From: Seison nebaliae
Lineage: Eukaryota
Direction: 5' to 3'
Assembly: GCA_023231475.1 (NCBI GenBank)
Contig: JALJEE010002282.1
Span: forward strand, 1 to 64,000
Length of the DNA: 64,000 nucleotides
The notes beneath the pieces are model-generated. The model saw nothing but the letters and a program-made list of their open reading frames with translations, did no database searches and was not told the origin of the DNA. The position numbers were made by a program, and so were the translations under genes. The stretch's first letter is position 1. The number at the start of each line of letters is the position of its first letter. Below, one piece after another: positions 9,822 through 21,277 of this stretch.

Positions 9822-11098
9822 TTTTATAACTTACCTGTGGAACATCTGTCTAATATCTAAACGCAAAATCGAAAAAAATGAAATGATAACAATTATCATG
9901 GATTTCATTCTGAATTTTCCCGGTATATACGTGAGAGTTACTTATTCTGATAGTAATTTGAAATACAGAACTGAAATTATCATACTGGACGATGTTATAA
10001 CAACATTGGTATTAATTTGGCAATTGAATAATCAAATTTAGGCTTAAATCAAAGGAAATCTGTTAAGTTGGAACTCACGGGGACAATGGTAATCTAACTA
10101 TCTAATTAGATGTTGAAGTCATATGATTTCTGCTGAATGTCAGTGATTGGAATATTAAATGGTCAACATATTACAATCCGCTAACAAAGATTAAGTGGTT
10201 GTAATTATGGTTTTAAATATTAAAAGTTAAAGCACAACACAAATAATACTTTTTAAAAGTTTTCACCTAAAGTTTTGTTGTTGTATTTTTCAATTGTTGC
10301 AATTTTAATCTTTCAATTTTATAAATTTATTCCTTTATTTAACTCTTTAATTGTATGATAAAATATTAATAATAATAATTAATTTAAAATATGTTCCTTC
10401 TTGTATGCCATACAATGTATGGACATTGAAATCAGATGAAAAATGTGAAAAGATCAGAACGATATACAGTTTTCTATACATCTAAAAATTTAGAAATCGA
10501 GAAATTTAATATAAATAAATTGACATAAATTTAATGAAATTGAACATGAACTTGTGGATTTAAAATATTCGCTTAAACGATTGAGAAAATTACCGAATCG
10601 AACTTCCACACTTCTCATATTTCGAACACAAACTTCTTACATAATCGATCAGTATTTTCACATACCTGTCGATACTAGGAGTTATCTAATAATGGTTAAT
10701 AAAGGATTTTAGAGATTTCATTTTTTCGTACGATCCCACAGATTCTATGCCAATCGATCGGGAATCACTCGCGGAATTACACCGATTGATGAACACTGGC
10801 GACGATCGAAATTTTTTTATATTATTTTCATCCCGACGATAATTTTTAATCAATAAATAATAATAATAATAAACTTAACTTATTAGTTCTTCAATATTAT
10901 ATATAAGTATAATTCTTTATTAGAATTAGTGGAAATATTTTTAGGAATTTATTGACACAAATCAAGACAAATAGTAACTTCAATAATAATACCTTGCAAT
11001 ACTTCCAAAACAGGATGAAAAGATGGATTGAATGAAATAAGTGATTATTTACGAAAATATAACGAGGGAAGAATAAATATTAAAAAAACATGTATCAT

Positions 11099-11791
11099 TC
11101 ATTGATGTTTGACTCTTTTATTTTGTTTTCTATTATTTGTCGAACACGATCCACCGTTCGTCAATTGTGAATTTTTCTCTTCTTGAACTTTCGCATTTTT
11201 TTGTGTTTTCGTTCCAAATATATCAGTTAACCATTCGCTCATTTCTGGTAATTTTTGAGGGTTCTGATCCAAAGATGCGAAAAGTGATGGCGCTTCTAAT
11301 TCTTGTCCTTCCGTATTCACTAATTTCATCAATCCCAATACCAGTAAAGGTAACAAAGTGAATAAAATCATCGGTGACATTAAAATATCTTTCAAGCGAT
11401 AAGGAGTTCTCTCGTTGAAGTAGTGGATTGGCATTCGAACTTGTAAATTTAAATCATTCAAAATTTCAATTCGTCCTAATTTCAAAATATCTAATTGACG
11501 AACTCGAACTTTTCCATTCGAATTCACATCGATACGAACCATATCGATGAGATGTGTAGGAGAAACGACTTCGATGATATACGAACCACTAGATACTCCA
11601 GTTAATGAGAAATTACCAGAAGAAGAAGCAAACGTCTTCCCATTCATCCCTCCATTTAGGAGAATCTGAACTGATGACATTTCCAATTCCTCAAAAGATT
11701 TGATTGTTCCAGTCACAATAAATTCTTTTCCTTCCAACAAATTTCCAATCAAAAAACATAAGAATAAAACGAAATTTTTTAATAAATTCAT
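11099..11791 (-). CDS. EMC7: ER membrane protein complex subunit 7
   Basis: Signal peptide; GNFSLTGVSSGSYIIEVVSP...VRIDVNSNGKVRVR; YFNER...DILMSPMILFTLLPLL TM; LPEMSEWLT. All match the EMC7 pattern. Intronless. Confidence 0.88.
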   Translation of the reverse strand: MNLLKNFVLFLCFLIGNLLEGKEFIVTGTIKSFEELEMSSVQILLNGGMNGKTFASSSGNFSLTGVSSGSYIIEVVSPTHLIDMVRIDVNSNGKVRVRQLDILKLGRIEILNDLNLQVRMPIHYFNERTPYRLKDILMSPMILFTLLPLLVLGLMKLVNTEGQELEAPSLFASLDQNPQKLPEMSEWLTDIFGTKTQKNAKVQEEKNSQLTNGGSCSTNNRKQNKRVKHQ

Positions 11792-12174
11792 TTTATTTAT
11801 ATGGAAAGATTATTGAGGAATTCAATGAAATAAATATTGGGAAATGGAAATTAGAATAAATATTAAAATTAATTATTATTTAATTTGAAAGCTTATAATT
11901 TGAAAAATTTTGAATTCTTTTTTAAATTTCAAAATTATAGAACAGATCGAAATTATTACTTTTATATTAATAATTATTTTTTAGTCTAAATGAAGCTTAA
12001 AATTGTAAAATATTTTGAAATTATAATTTTTTCCACTTATTCTTTTTTTAATGAAAAATTGCTTTAAATAAATTCCATTTGAATATTCGTAAAATTCCTT
12101 TCTAAAAAAGTTGAATTGAATATCTTAATAATAAAACGTTTGTAGGAAATCGTGTTGTTGGGTAGTCTGGAAAT

Positions 12175-12795
12175 ATGAGTATAATGGAATATAATGGCGG
12201 TTCAGTGGTCGCCATGGTGGGGAAGGATTGTGTTGGAATAGCGAGTGACAAGAGATTCGGAATTCGTTTCGAAACCGTTACGATGGATTTCGAAAAATGT
12301 TTCAAAATGGGACAACAAGTATTTTTGGGATTAAGTGGATTGGCGACTGATGTTCAAACGGTAAAACAGAAAGCCGATTTCCGTGTGAAATTATATGAAT
12401 TGAGAGAGAACCGTCAAATTCGACCGAAAACGTTGATGCATATGATGAGTTCACTTCTTTATCAACAACGTTTCGGTCCATTCTTTGTTGAACCGATAAT
12501 TGCTGGTTTGGATCAGAAAGACAATTTCCGTCCATATATTGCCAGTTGTGATTTAATCGGATGTCCTTTGGAAGCGGAAGATTTCGTCGTGACAGGAACA
12601 TGCGAGAAACAATTGTATGGAATGTGTGAGTCGTTATGGGAACCGAATATGGATGCCGATCATTTGAGAGAGACGATATCTCAAGCTTTATTAAATGCAC
12701 AAGATCGAGATGCATATACAGGATGGGGAGCAGTGGTCCATATCATTGAAAAGGATAAAGTGACTACGAGTCATTTGAGAAGTCGAATGGATTAA
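12175..12795 (+). CDS. PSMB3: Proteasome subunit beta type-3
   Basis: [57 protein letters not shown] and C-terminal RMD are diagnostic. Intronless. Confidence 0.97.
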   Translation: MSIMEYNGGSVVAMVGKDCVGIASDKRFGIRFETVTMDFEKCFKMGQQVFLGLSGLATDVQTVKQKADFRVKLYELRENRQIRPKTLMHMMSSLLYQQRFGPFFVEPIIAGLDQKDNFRPYIASCDLIGCPLEAEDFVVTGTCEKQLYGMCESLWEPNMDADHLRETISQALLNAQDRDAYTGWGAVVHIIEKDKVTTSHLRSRMD

Positions 12796-13198
12796 AATCA
12801 TTATTTTAATTATAATTATTTCATAATAATTATATATTAATACAAAACTATTAATGTTATTTTTATTTCTGCTATAAAATTTATGGTAAATTATTGAAAA
12901 TTTGAATTTTGTCAATTTATTTTATGATTAATTATCATAATTTTATTTATGATTTATGAAAGTTTTGATAAAAAATGAGAAGAAAAAAAGAATTAAAAAA
13001 TATTTTTTTATTTCTCTTCTATAATAGAAGAGGATGAAATGTTATCTGGAAATAATGATACTCGACCTGTCTAATGAAATGAAAATCTGTTCATTTAGAG
13101 GGAGTATCTTTGTCATCTCGACAGATGAACATGAGAAAACTAATAGAAAATGATGAGAGAAATATGATGAATGTCTAATGAATTTTTCTTAATTCCAT

Positions 13199-14845
13199 TT
13201 ATTTTCCTTTGACTTCAAAAGTCTTAAATCCGGGCACTGTGTATCGTCGAATAATCTCTTGCAAACTGAAATCACCAGCTGCTCCTCCACCTGATGATGA
13301 TGATGATGAAGCAGACCAACTACTACTACTACTGTAAGAAGCTTCGCCTCCTTCAGCCCCACCAAATTCAGCAGAAGTAGCACCAAATCCAGCGGATGCA
13401 CCTCCGAATCCAGAAGATGCAGCTCCAAATTCTGCGGAAGCACCGCCATAATCACCAGAAGCTTCACCGCCACTGAATGATTGGTAGGAGGAGGAACTGG
13501 ATTCGAATGAATTTGAACCACCGAAATCAGCTGCGCCACCTGAACTCGATTCGAATGATGATGCACCACCAAATTCGGCAGCACCACCTGAACTGTAACT
13601 GGAACTTCCACTCGCTTCGAATGAAGCTGCAGCGTTTTGTTGTGCACTCTTTATCTCTGCAAGAATATTAGCTGGTGCTTGTAATTTGACGTTGTTGATA
13701 TCTAATCCGAATTGTTGGAGAGCTGATTGAATAGCTGATACATCTTTCAATTGACCCGTATATTTTTGAACGTATGTTGTTGGATTAACTTTGATAACAC
13801 CAAGATTGTGAACTTCTTTCACTAATTGTGTTTTTGCTCCTCCCCATTGAATAATCATATTTTTCACAGCGGCATGTTGTTGAGCAGCTTTGGCTTTTTG
13901 ATAAATGACACGTCGTTTTTGTTGTTTGTATGGCAACCATCGTTCGACGATGAGTGAACGTGGTTTTGGTGGGAGAGGAGGTAATCGTTCGATAATGACA
14001 CGTCGTGGTGGTGGTGGAATGGCAGGTAATTGTTTAGTGATAACTTTTGGTCCAGGAGCTGGGGGAAGTTTTGGGGGATTTTCACGCACTACCAATGGTG
14101 GTGGAGTGGGAGCTCGTGGTGGTCGTTGACGAATGATAACTGGTGGGGCAGCTGGTGGCGCTGGTGGTCTTACTTCCTTAATAATAATTGGACCTGGTGG
14201 TGGTGGAGTTGGTGGTTGTAAATATCTCACTGCTACTTCTTGTTTATAAGTAACGGCCTCATTATTTTGTTTTCGAACGATTTGTGGATTTGGATCATAA
14301 TTAATTTTATATTCTAATTTAGTTGTTTGAATTGTTTGATTTCCGGTAGTACCAGAACTATATTCTGTTGATGATTGACCAAATTCTGCGTTAGTGGCTC
14401 CATATTCAGATGATGATGATCCGAATGCTGCTGATGTAGCATATTCACCAGATGCAGCACCAAATTCTGCTCCACCGCTAGCAAATCCAGCTGAACTGTA
14501 ATCACCTGAAGCAGCAGCAGCACCACCACCACCACTCGACCATTCGGCACTGGATGATGAAGATGATTCATAACTGGCTGATTCACCACCACCACCACTA
14601 CCACCAACATTGAAATCTGAAGCTTCTCCAAAAGCAGCTCCTTCACCACCACCACCACCACTACTCCAAGCGGCTGAACTCTCATAACTACCACCACCTG
14701 ATGCTTCTCCAGATGAGAAGGAGGAGGATGATGAAGTGGAAGAGTAGGAAGCGGAACCACCATAATGTTGGGCACCTCGTCCCTCGATTCCTCCTTGGCC
14801 ACCTAATGAAGATGCGGCTGCGAATTGTTTGATAACATTCGACAT
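13199..14845 (-). CDS. 548-aa structural protein: Gly/Ser/Ala-rich termini flanking a Pro-rich repeat core
   Basis: Intronless ORF. Core YLQPPTPPPPGPIIIKEVRPPAPPAAPPVIIRQRPP...PPKPRSLIVERWLPY; repeated AEFGA/SSGGG units at both ends; no signal peptide. Confidence 0.85.
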   Translation of the reverse strand: MSNVIKQFAAASSLGGQGGIEGRGAQHYGGSASYSSTSSSSSFSSGEASGGGSYESSAAWSSGGGGGEGAAFGEASDFNVGGSGGGGESASYESSSSSSAEWSSGGGGAAAASGDYSSAGFASGGAEFGAASGEYATSAAFGSSSSEYGATNAEFGQSSTEYSSGTTGNQTIQTTKLEYKINYDPNPQIVRKQNNEAVTYKQEVAVRYLQPPTPPPPGPIIIKEVRPPAPPAAPPVIIRQRPPRAPTPPPLVVRENPPKLPPAPGPKVITKQLPAIPPPPRRVIIERLPPLPPKPRSLIVERWLPYKQQKRRVIYQKAKAAQQHAAVKNMIIQWGGAKTQLVKEVHNLGVIKVNPTTYVQKYTGQLKDVSAIQSALQQFGLDINNVKLQAPANILAEIKSAQQNAAASFEASGSSSYSSGGAAEFGGASSFESSSGGAADFGGSNSFESSSSSYQSFSGGEASGDYGGASAEFGAASSGFGGASAGFGATSAEFGGAEGGEASYSSSSSWSASSSSSSGGGAAGDFSLQEIIRRYTVPGFKTFEVKGK

Positions 14846-14928
14846 TGTTCTTGTTTGTTGAATTATTGTTGAATTGAGAATGAATGAAATGAAATAAAAT
14901 GATGTGATGTTATGAAATATTTGCTCGA

Positions 14929-14936
14929 TTTATATA
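14929..14936 (-). promoter_or_regulatory. TATA box (TATATAAA) of the 548-aa gene
   Basis: Minus-strand TATATAAA about 85 nt upstream of the ATG, with TCATT initiator-like repeats downstream. Confidence 0.5.
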
Positions 14937-15677
14937 GATGCTGTCGATCAATCTAACACACTTTCTTCCTTCTACTACTTAATATCAATCTTCATTCGAA
15001 GGAGATCTCTCTATCAACACAACTCTCGTTGATTACAATCGTCATTCACCTCACCAATCCATAATCAAACGAGAAGTTCATGCAATTCTCACAATTGCTC
15101 ATCTTTCAATCAATTTCATGAGTTATTTCATGTTCAGTTCATTAAGAATTTCATTCAATTTTCTTTCTTTCTTCCTCTCTCTCTCTATTTGTGTCGCCCT
15201 CCTCTTCATGAACTAATCAACCAAACAACATTTTATGACAAGTGAAGCAATTTCGCCAACTAGAATCTTTTGTTCATTTAATTGTCGTCAATCTGATCAT
15301 TGTCAATTTTCCTCACACACACATACACACATACGCACAGACAAACAAACACACTTTCGTCATAATCATATTCTGTCTTGATAAGTCGATAAATCTTTCC
15401 TCTCTCCATTCAAGTTCTTGTTGAGCTGTCGATCGTTATCTAAGAAATTATAAAACCATCATTCAATCTTCAATCTGACACCACGAACTTGCTCGTGCTC
15501 TTCAAAGTCGACATTTTACATCATTCATCTCTTCTCGTCTACCAATCTCTTATCCGAATTCTAATCAAATTAAATTGAACTCACAAATGTAATTTCAGTA
15601 CAAATCTCTAACAATTCAGTCGTCCACAAGGACAAATTTCATTTTATTTCAAAATTTTATTTAGATTTACAAACATT

Positions 15678-17513
15678 TCACTTCTTCTCATAGTCCACCG
15701 TTTTCACTTTCGACCGATAACTGATGTTCTCACAATTGTCTAATGTGTATGCCGTGATGTCCTCCACTAACATGTCACTCTTTCTCAATTTCATGAGATT
15801 ATCCAAAAACACTTTGTCCTTCCCATCAACTTCCAATTGAGTGATATCGTTGAATATCGATTCCACCGTATGATTAAATTTGAATTTTTTGAAGAAAGTC
15901 AACAAACTCTCACAATCTCGATATAATAACACGAGAGCATTCCGATGAGTTGACGGTACGGCTTGTGCCACATCGATGATCCAAATATCGTTTTTATACC
16001 ATAAAATGTTGTACTCATTAAAATCGCCATGAACAAGATTGGTTGGTGGAGCATACAACGCTTTCAACAAATCGATACATCGATTGAATATATTCAATAT
16101 TTGACTTTCATCCATTTGGAGAATTGCATGTCGTAGAGGCGGTGCCGGTTGTCCATTCTTACCGATGAATTCCATCAGAAGAACATGTTGTTTCCTCAAC
16201 AAAACTTTTGGACATTTGATTGAAGTGCCATCTGAATATTTCGCATTCTTATAAATTCTAATTAAATTATGAAATTCTTTTTTCGCCCATAATTGAATTT
16301 TCTTCTTCTGTGTCATATGTTTCACCTGATTACCAATACGATAATCACCAAATAAATAAATGTCTCGATTCTTGAAATTGTTTAATGTCGTTCTGAATAT
16401 TTTACAGGCACATTCTTCCGGTAAATGTTCGATCATTTCTTTCGATATCGTCATCTTTAATTCTTCTTTATCATCCTCATAAAAATCTTCATTTTTTATA
16501 ATTTCAATTTTAGAAGAATTATTTCCTACAATTTCCCTTTTTTTTTCAAAATCATCATCATTATCATCATCATTATCATCATCATTATCATTGTCATTTA
16601 ATTCTTTTTCAATTAATGGTAATTTTGAAAAATCATAATCATCACCGCGAAAAGCATGAAAAATGACGGATTCTTTTCCTGTCGCCACTTCACCAGTGAA
16701 AGTATTGGTTAATCCTGATTGTTCCATTCGATAAAGAATCATCAATGTTCGATTATCCAATACTTTTACAGCAGTGTTCTTATCTCTCTTATCCTTCAAT
16801 TTCTTCTTTCGACTTTCTTCTTTGATGGCGAAACTTTTCAATCGATTATAAACATCATTTGGAATTTCATATTCATCAAAATAATATTCTGGAACATCAA
16901 AATTATCCGTTTCTTCTTCTCCCGTTCCTGCATCGATTCTCTTACACCGTCGATGTTCTAAACTACCCAACGGAATATGAGTGGTACAACGATCCATTAA
17001 TTTTCGACTATTCTCTCTCGAATTGACGACGAGATCGTGTTTCGTTCTCAAATTCGATTTCGACAACAAAGTTCCTGGTGATGGTGACGGTTTCTTCATT
17101 TGACATTTCTTATTTTTCATTTCTGTTTTATTCGATTTCGCATCGAACATTTTTGGGACGATATTCTTCACATATCGTTCGTTGTCGAATGAATCCAATT
17201 CGTCATTCGTTGACGGATGACCAATAAAATGGTTTTGTAAAGAAACTTGAACTTTCGATGATTTATTCATATGATCTTCCTCCGCTCTCAATTGGAGATC
17301 ATGTTGACGATCGAATTCCATTTGTAACATTTGCGCAACGAGAAAATCATTTTCCGTTTCATCTAATTTTTTTCCATCATTCTCATCATCCAACACGTCA
17401 ATTGTGCTCATATTTGACATATTCTCTTCTTCATTCAACTTCTCTGCCAACTGTTCAGACATGATACTACTCATGTCGATATCAGTGACGAACTTTTCTT
17501 CTTTCTTCCACAT
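15678..17513 (-). CDS. RIOK3: RIO kinase 3
   Basis: IMSEQLAEKL, AQMLQMEFD and TKHD (RIOK3-type N-terminus); ATGKESVIFHA, ECACKIFRT, LVHGDFNEYNIL, IIDVAQAV. First in-frame ATG is 17513; the ORF track begins at a non-ATG codon. Confidence 0.9.
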   Translation of the reverse strand: MWKKEEKFVTDIDMSSIMSEQLAEKLNEEENMSNMSTIDVLDDENDGKKLDETENDFLVAQMLQMEFDRQHDLQLRAEEDHMNKSSKVQVSLQNHFIGHPSTNDELDSFDNERYVKNIVPKMFDAKSNKTEMKNKKCQMKKPSPSPGTLLSKSNLRTKHDLVVNSRENSRKLMDRCTTHIPLGSLEHRRCKRIDAGTGEEETDNFDVPEYYFDEYEIPNDVYNRLKSFAIKEESRKKKLKDKRDKNTAVKVLDNRTLMILYRMEQSGLTNTFTGEVATGKESVIFHAFRGDDYDFSKLPLIEKELNDNDNDDDNDDDNDDDFEKKREIVGNNSSKIEIIKNEDFYEDDKEELKMTISKEMIEHLPEECACKIFRTTLNNFKNRDIYLFGDYRIGNQVKHMTQKKKIQLWAKKEFHNLIRIYKNAKYSDGTSIKCPKVLLRKQHVLLMEFIGKNGQPAPPLRHAILQMDESQILNIFNRCIDLLKALYAPPTNLVHGDFNEYNILWYKNDIWIIDVAQAVPSTHRNALVLLYRDCESLLTFFKKFKFNHTVESIFNDITQLEVDGKDKVFLDNLMKLRKSDMLVEDITAYTLDNCENISYRSKVKTVDYEKK

Positions 17514-17843
17514 TTCTTCTCTAACCTCAAATTTTTCCGTTTGACGGTGAAATCTTTCCAATTTATAGAGGTCACAGGAGAATGTGTTGGGGATGTTACA
17601 ACACACTTGCGCAATAATTCCGATCGATATCGATTGGAATTAATAAAGTAATAATTTCAATTTCATTTCCTCATTAAAACGATAGCTTAATATTTGATTA
17701 GAAAATTAATGTTCAACAATTTTTTCCCAATTTGAAATTTGAGAAGAAAAGAATGAAAAATTTTAAATTTGGGAAGAAAAGAATGAGAAATTTGATTTTT
17801 AGAAAATCGAATTTCTTTTTGACCAACTAATTAATTTCAAGTT

Positions 17844-19049
17844 ATGGGACAAATCTGTTCAGGTGCCAAAGCCGAAACAAATGTGCTCCAATTAGATCAT
17901 TCCCTCGTATATAATACGAGGAAGCATCGTGAAATTTATAATAAACGATGGTTAGATCAAGATTTAGAGTTGGACACAAAAGATAAATTATCTTCGAAAA
18001 AAGAACGACAACAAGACCCTTATAATTATATGACGACGAGTGGACGAGTTGAAGATCATTATAGTGTTGCTTGGGCTATATTTTTATCGAAAGTAGAAGA
18101 TAATATTCTTTATTCTAAATCTGCTAAACGTGTAAAATCTCACGGTTCTTGTGTACCTGAACGTTTCGATATTAACGATTATGAGGACATATATTTATTG
18201 ACATCCGATTTCATTGTGATTCATGCTTATTTTTTGAAAACTGCCCCCGAATATACAAAAAACACATTTACAGTTTTATATCTCCATGGCAATTCTGGTC
18301 ATATCGGTCATCGACTTCATTTAGCGAAGGCGTTAGTCGAAATTTGTAAATTTAACGTTTTCCTCTTAGAATATCGAGGATATGGAAAGAGTGATGGAAA
18401 TCCGACGGAAGCCGGTCTCTATTTAGATGCACAGGCTGGATTGGATCATTTGATCGCTCGAGAGGATGTAAATAATTCGAAAATTTTAGTTTTCGGCAGA
18501 TCATTAGGTGGAGCGGTAGCCATTCAATTAACGAGTTTCGCTGAGAATTCCAGGAAATATGTCGTCGCTGTCATCATCGAAAACACTTTCACATCATTTG
18601 TGAATATCGTGAAAAATGTTTTAAATCATTCGAGAATCGCATTTTTAGGAAAGATGATTGATGAGAAGAAAGTTAAGGCGAAATTTAAATCGATTGAAAA
18701 AGTTAAATTGATCCAGTGTGGAATGTTGTTTTTGAGTGGAAAGAAAGATTTCCTCACTCCAACCGAAATGATGGGTGAATTATATGATGCTTCCACTAAT
18801 TCATTCCATCGAGAAATGTATCGATTCGATTCGGGTGAACATGACAATCTTCCTTATACGGAATTCTATTATGAAATAATTTTGTTATTCGTTCTCAAAT
18901 GTTATTACATGAAATTTTATAAATTGAAAAAATTGAAAAGTTCCAGCGAACGAGAATTTATCAATACTCATTTCTCCGTCTATTCCATCACCGATCCCAC
19001 ACAATTACGACATGCTAAAGCAAAAGAATCAATTCTCACTCTCCATTAG
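17844..19049 (+). CDS. ABHD13: ABHD13-like alpha/beta hydrolase
   Basis: LYLHGNSGHIGHRL, EYRGYGKSDGNPTEAGLYLDAQA, FGRSLGGAVAI (catalytic Ser), IIENTFTS, LFLSGKKD, GEHD. Confidence 0.8.
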   Translation: MGQICSGAKAETNVLQLDHSLVYNTRKHREIYNKRWLDQDLELDTKDKLSSKKERQQDPYNYMTTSGRVEDHYSVAWAIFLSKVEDNILYSKSAKRVKSHGSCVPERFDINDYEDIYLLTSDFIVIHAYFLKTAPEYTKNTFTVLYLHGNSGHIGHRLHLAKALVEICKFNVFLLEYRGYGKSDGNPTEAGLYLDAQAGLDHLIAREDVNNSKILVFGRSLGGAVAIQLTSFAENSRKYVVAVIIENTFTSFVNIVKNVLNHSRIAFLGKMIDEKKVKAKFKSIEKVKLIQCGMLFLSGKKDFLTPTEMMGELYDASTNSFHREMYRFDSGEHDNLPYTEFYYEIILLFVLKCYYMKFYKLKKLKSSSEREFINTHFSVYSITDPTQLRHAKAKESILTLH

Positions 19050-19206
19050 AGAAGAGAAAGTTTAAAAACGAGATAAGTTTTTCAGTCATAAAATTTTCAT
19101 CGAACAATTTAAATTAAATTCTAAACTAAATTTCAAAGTAAAAAATGTTAAAATGTTACGTGGGAAGGAAGAAATGATATTAGAAAAGTCGGAGAAAAAT
19201 AGAAAT

Positions 19207-19350
19207 GTTGAATTATTTCTGAATATGTTTTCGTAAAGTTGAAATATTTCTGAATATGTTTTGGTAAAGTTGAAATATTTCTCAATATGTTTTCGGGAAG
19301 TTGAAATGTTTCTCAATATGTTTCTGAGCGTTGAAATTTTTGTGAATTTT
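19207..19350. repeat. Minisatellite, about 31-nt unit GTTGAAATATTTCT(C/G)AATATGTTTT..., about 4.5 copies
   Basis: Visible tandem copies between ABHD13 and CHID1. Confidence 0.8.
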
Positions 19351-19437
19351 CTTTTTTAAAGTTGGGAAATGAAGCCAGATGAAGTTCAATATAAGTTGTC
19401 CTTTTCCAAGCAGTTAGCTCTAACTAAATTTTGGTGA

Positions 19438-20793
19438 ATGAGAAAAATGAAAATTTTTGTCTTTCTCATATTTATTTGTCTCTTCATTCCTCAAACACAT
19501 TCAACATTGAAACCGAAAGATAAAAAGAAACATGTAAATAAGAAAGACGAACGGGAAGTTGATGAAGAAATAAAAGGAACTTCAACTTCCCAAACTTTAC
19601 AACAATTGCCATTATTTGAAGAGTATAAAAGTATTGCGAAGGGAAATAATATTTTTACGAAAGATCTCGTTCATCGACAAGTGAAAGTGAATGAAATTCT
19701 CGACAATTACCAAATTGTTGAAGTGGATTCAGATTCTTCAATTTCAAAAAATCCAGTTTATGTTCTCAATAAGGAATACGGACATCAATCGTTCGCTTAT
19801 ATTACACCATGGAATAGGAAGGGATATGATTTGGTTGAGAGATATCCACAAAAGTTCTCCATCATATCTCCCACTTGGTTCCAATTGAAACGACATGGAA
19901 AAGGTAAATATTCGGTGGATGGGGAACACGATATCGATAAATCGTGGTTGAATAAAATCAGGAAATTGAAAGGGAAATTTGATAAGAAATTAAAAATTAC
20001 TCCACGACTAGTTATCGGAGATAATGATTGGTCGAAAGATGATTATACAGCCATCTTATCTACATCGATAGCGTCGGAATCGGAATTAAACGGTTTTGGA
20101 AAAAGGATTTTGGATTTAATAAAAAAATATAAATTTGATGGAATTGTTTTGGAGATGTGGAATCAATTAGGTGGGAAAAAGAATCGACTTGCTATTAATC
20201 ATATTCTCTCACATTGTTATGATACGTTGAAGGAATTTGATGATGAACAAACGATCACAATTGTCGTTCCTCCAGTCACTGAAAATTTTTTCGATTCTGA
20301 TGACGTTTATTTGTTGGGTGATCATTGTGATTATATCAATGTGATGTTATATGATTATTCGACTAGTTCGTCCACTCCTGGTCCTAACGCTCCTTATGAT
20401 TTCGTCAATATAAATCTCCATTTAATGGTAACGCCTAACAGGAATTTATGGACGAAATTAGATAGTGAAAATCGATTGAAAGAAGAAGTTTTGAAAATTA
20501 GATCGAAAATTCTCGTTGGACTCAATTTTTATGGATATCTTGCGAAAGGGAATCAGGCAAAACCGGTTTTGGGTCACGATCTCATTCAATTGTTAGAGAA
20601 GAAACTTATTAAGAAAATCGAATGGTTATCTGGTGAAAGAGAACATCGATTTTCTCTTCATGATTTCGTCATTCATTATCCGACGTTACTCTCAATTCAA
20701 GAACGAATACGATTAATGGGCGAATTGAAATTGGGAGGATTGGCAATTTGGGAATTGGGACAAGGACTTAATTACTTTTTAGATTTATTGTAA
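19438..20793 (+). CDS. CHID1: Chitinase domain-containing protein 1 (inactive GH18, SI-CLP)
   Basis: Signal peptide; YITPWNRKGYD, KFSIISPTW, FDGIVLEMW, MLYDYS, PGPNAP, GLNFYG, YPTLLSIQERI, AIWELGQGLNYFLDLL. Confidence 0.93.
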   Translation: MRKMKIFVFLIFICLFIPQTHSTLKPKDKKKHVNKKDEREVDEEIKGTSTSQTLQQLPLFEEYKSIAKGNNIFTKDLVHRQVKVNEILDNYQIVEVDSDSSISKNPVYVLNKEYGHQSFAYITPWNRKGYDLVERYPQKFSIISPTWFQLKRHGKGKYSVDGEHDIDKSWLNKIRKLKGKFDKKLKITPRLVIGDNDWSKDDYTAILSTSIASESELNGFGKRILDLIKKYKFDGIVLEMWNQLGGKKNRLAINHILSHCYDTLKEFDDEQTITIVVPPVTENFFDSDDVYLLGDHCDYINVMLYDYSTSSSTPGPNAPYDFVNINLHLMVTPNRNLWTKLDSENRLKEEVLKIRSKILVGLNFYGYLAKGNQAKPVLGHDLIQLLEKKLIKKIEWLSGEREHRFSLHDFVIHYPTLLSIQERIRLMGELKLGGLAIWELGQGLNYFLDLL

Positions 20794-21277
20794 TTGTTGT
20801 TTATTTAATATTAAAGTTAAGTGTTAAGGTTAATCCATCTTTCAGTTATAATTATAATTCATTATTATTTTTCTGTGATAATTTTAATGAATAAAATTTC
20901 GTTAAATTATTACTGAAAATTATTTTATTGTTACGCAAAAAGAATGTTTTGTTCTTTTAATTGGGAAGAAGAAAGATCAATTTCCTTTGCAATTCTCTAA
21001 ACATTCTTTTTTAACGTGAAAAAAAATTATTATTCAAACAATTAATGAATGTTGAAAATGATAGAAAGCAGAAAGGAAATTGAATAATAATTGTCTACGA
21101 CTACTCCTTCAATTCTGTTCAGTAGAGAATAAGAAAGAAAATCATCTTTCGCCACATCGTCAAACTGAAAGAAGCAAGTTGGGGTTCTTATAAGAAAAGT
21201 AATGGGATTTGAGTGAAAAATTTTAAATGAAAAGAAGTTCTCCATTTTACAAATTTGACTTCTTTCCGAAATCTCGA

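Noticed and set aside
10390..10850. Possible small plus-strand gene (…DSMPIDRESLAELHRLMNTGDDRNF…)
   Set aside because: Could not assemble a phase-consistent model with a start codon.
13189..14802. Val/His/Leu-rich alternative-frame ORFs (152 and 162 aa) and antisense ORFs
   Set aside because: Frame shadows of GGT/TCA/GCT-rich low-complexity codons in the 548-aa gene.
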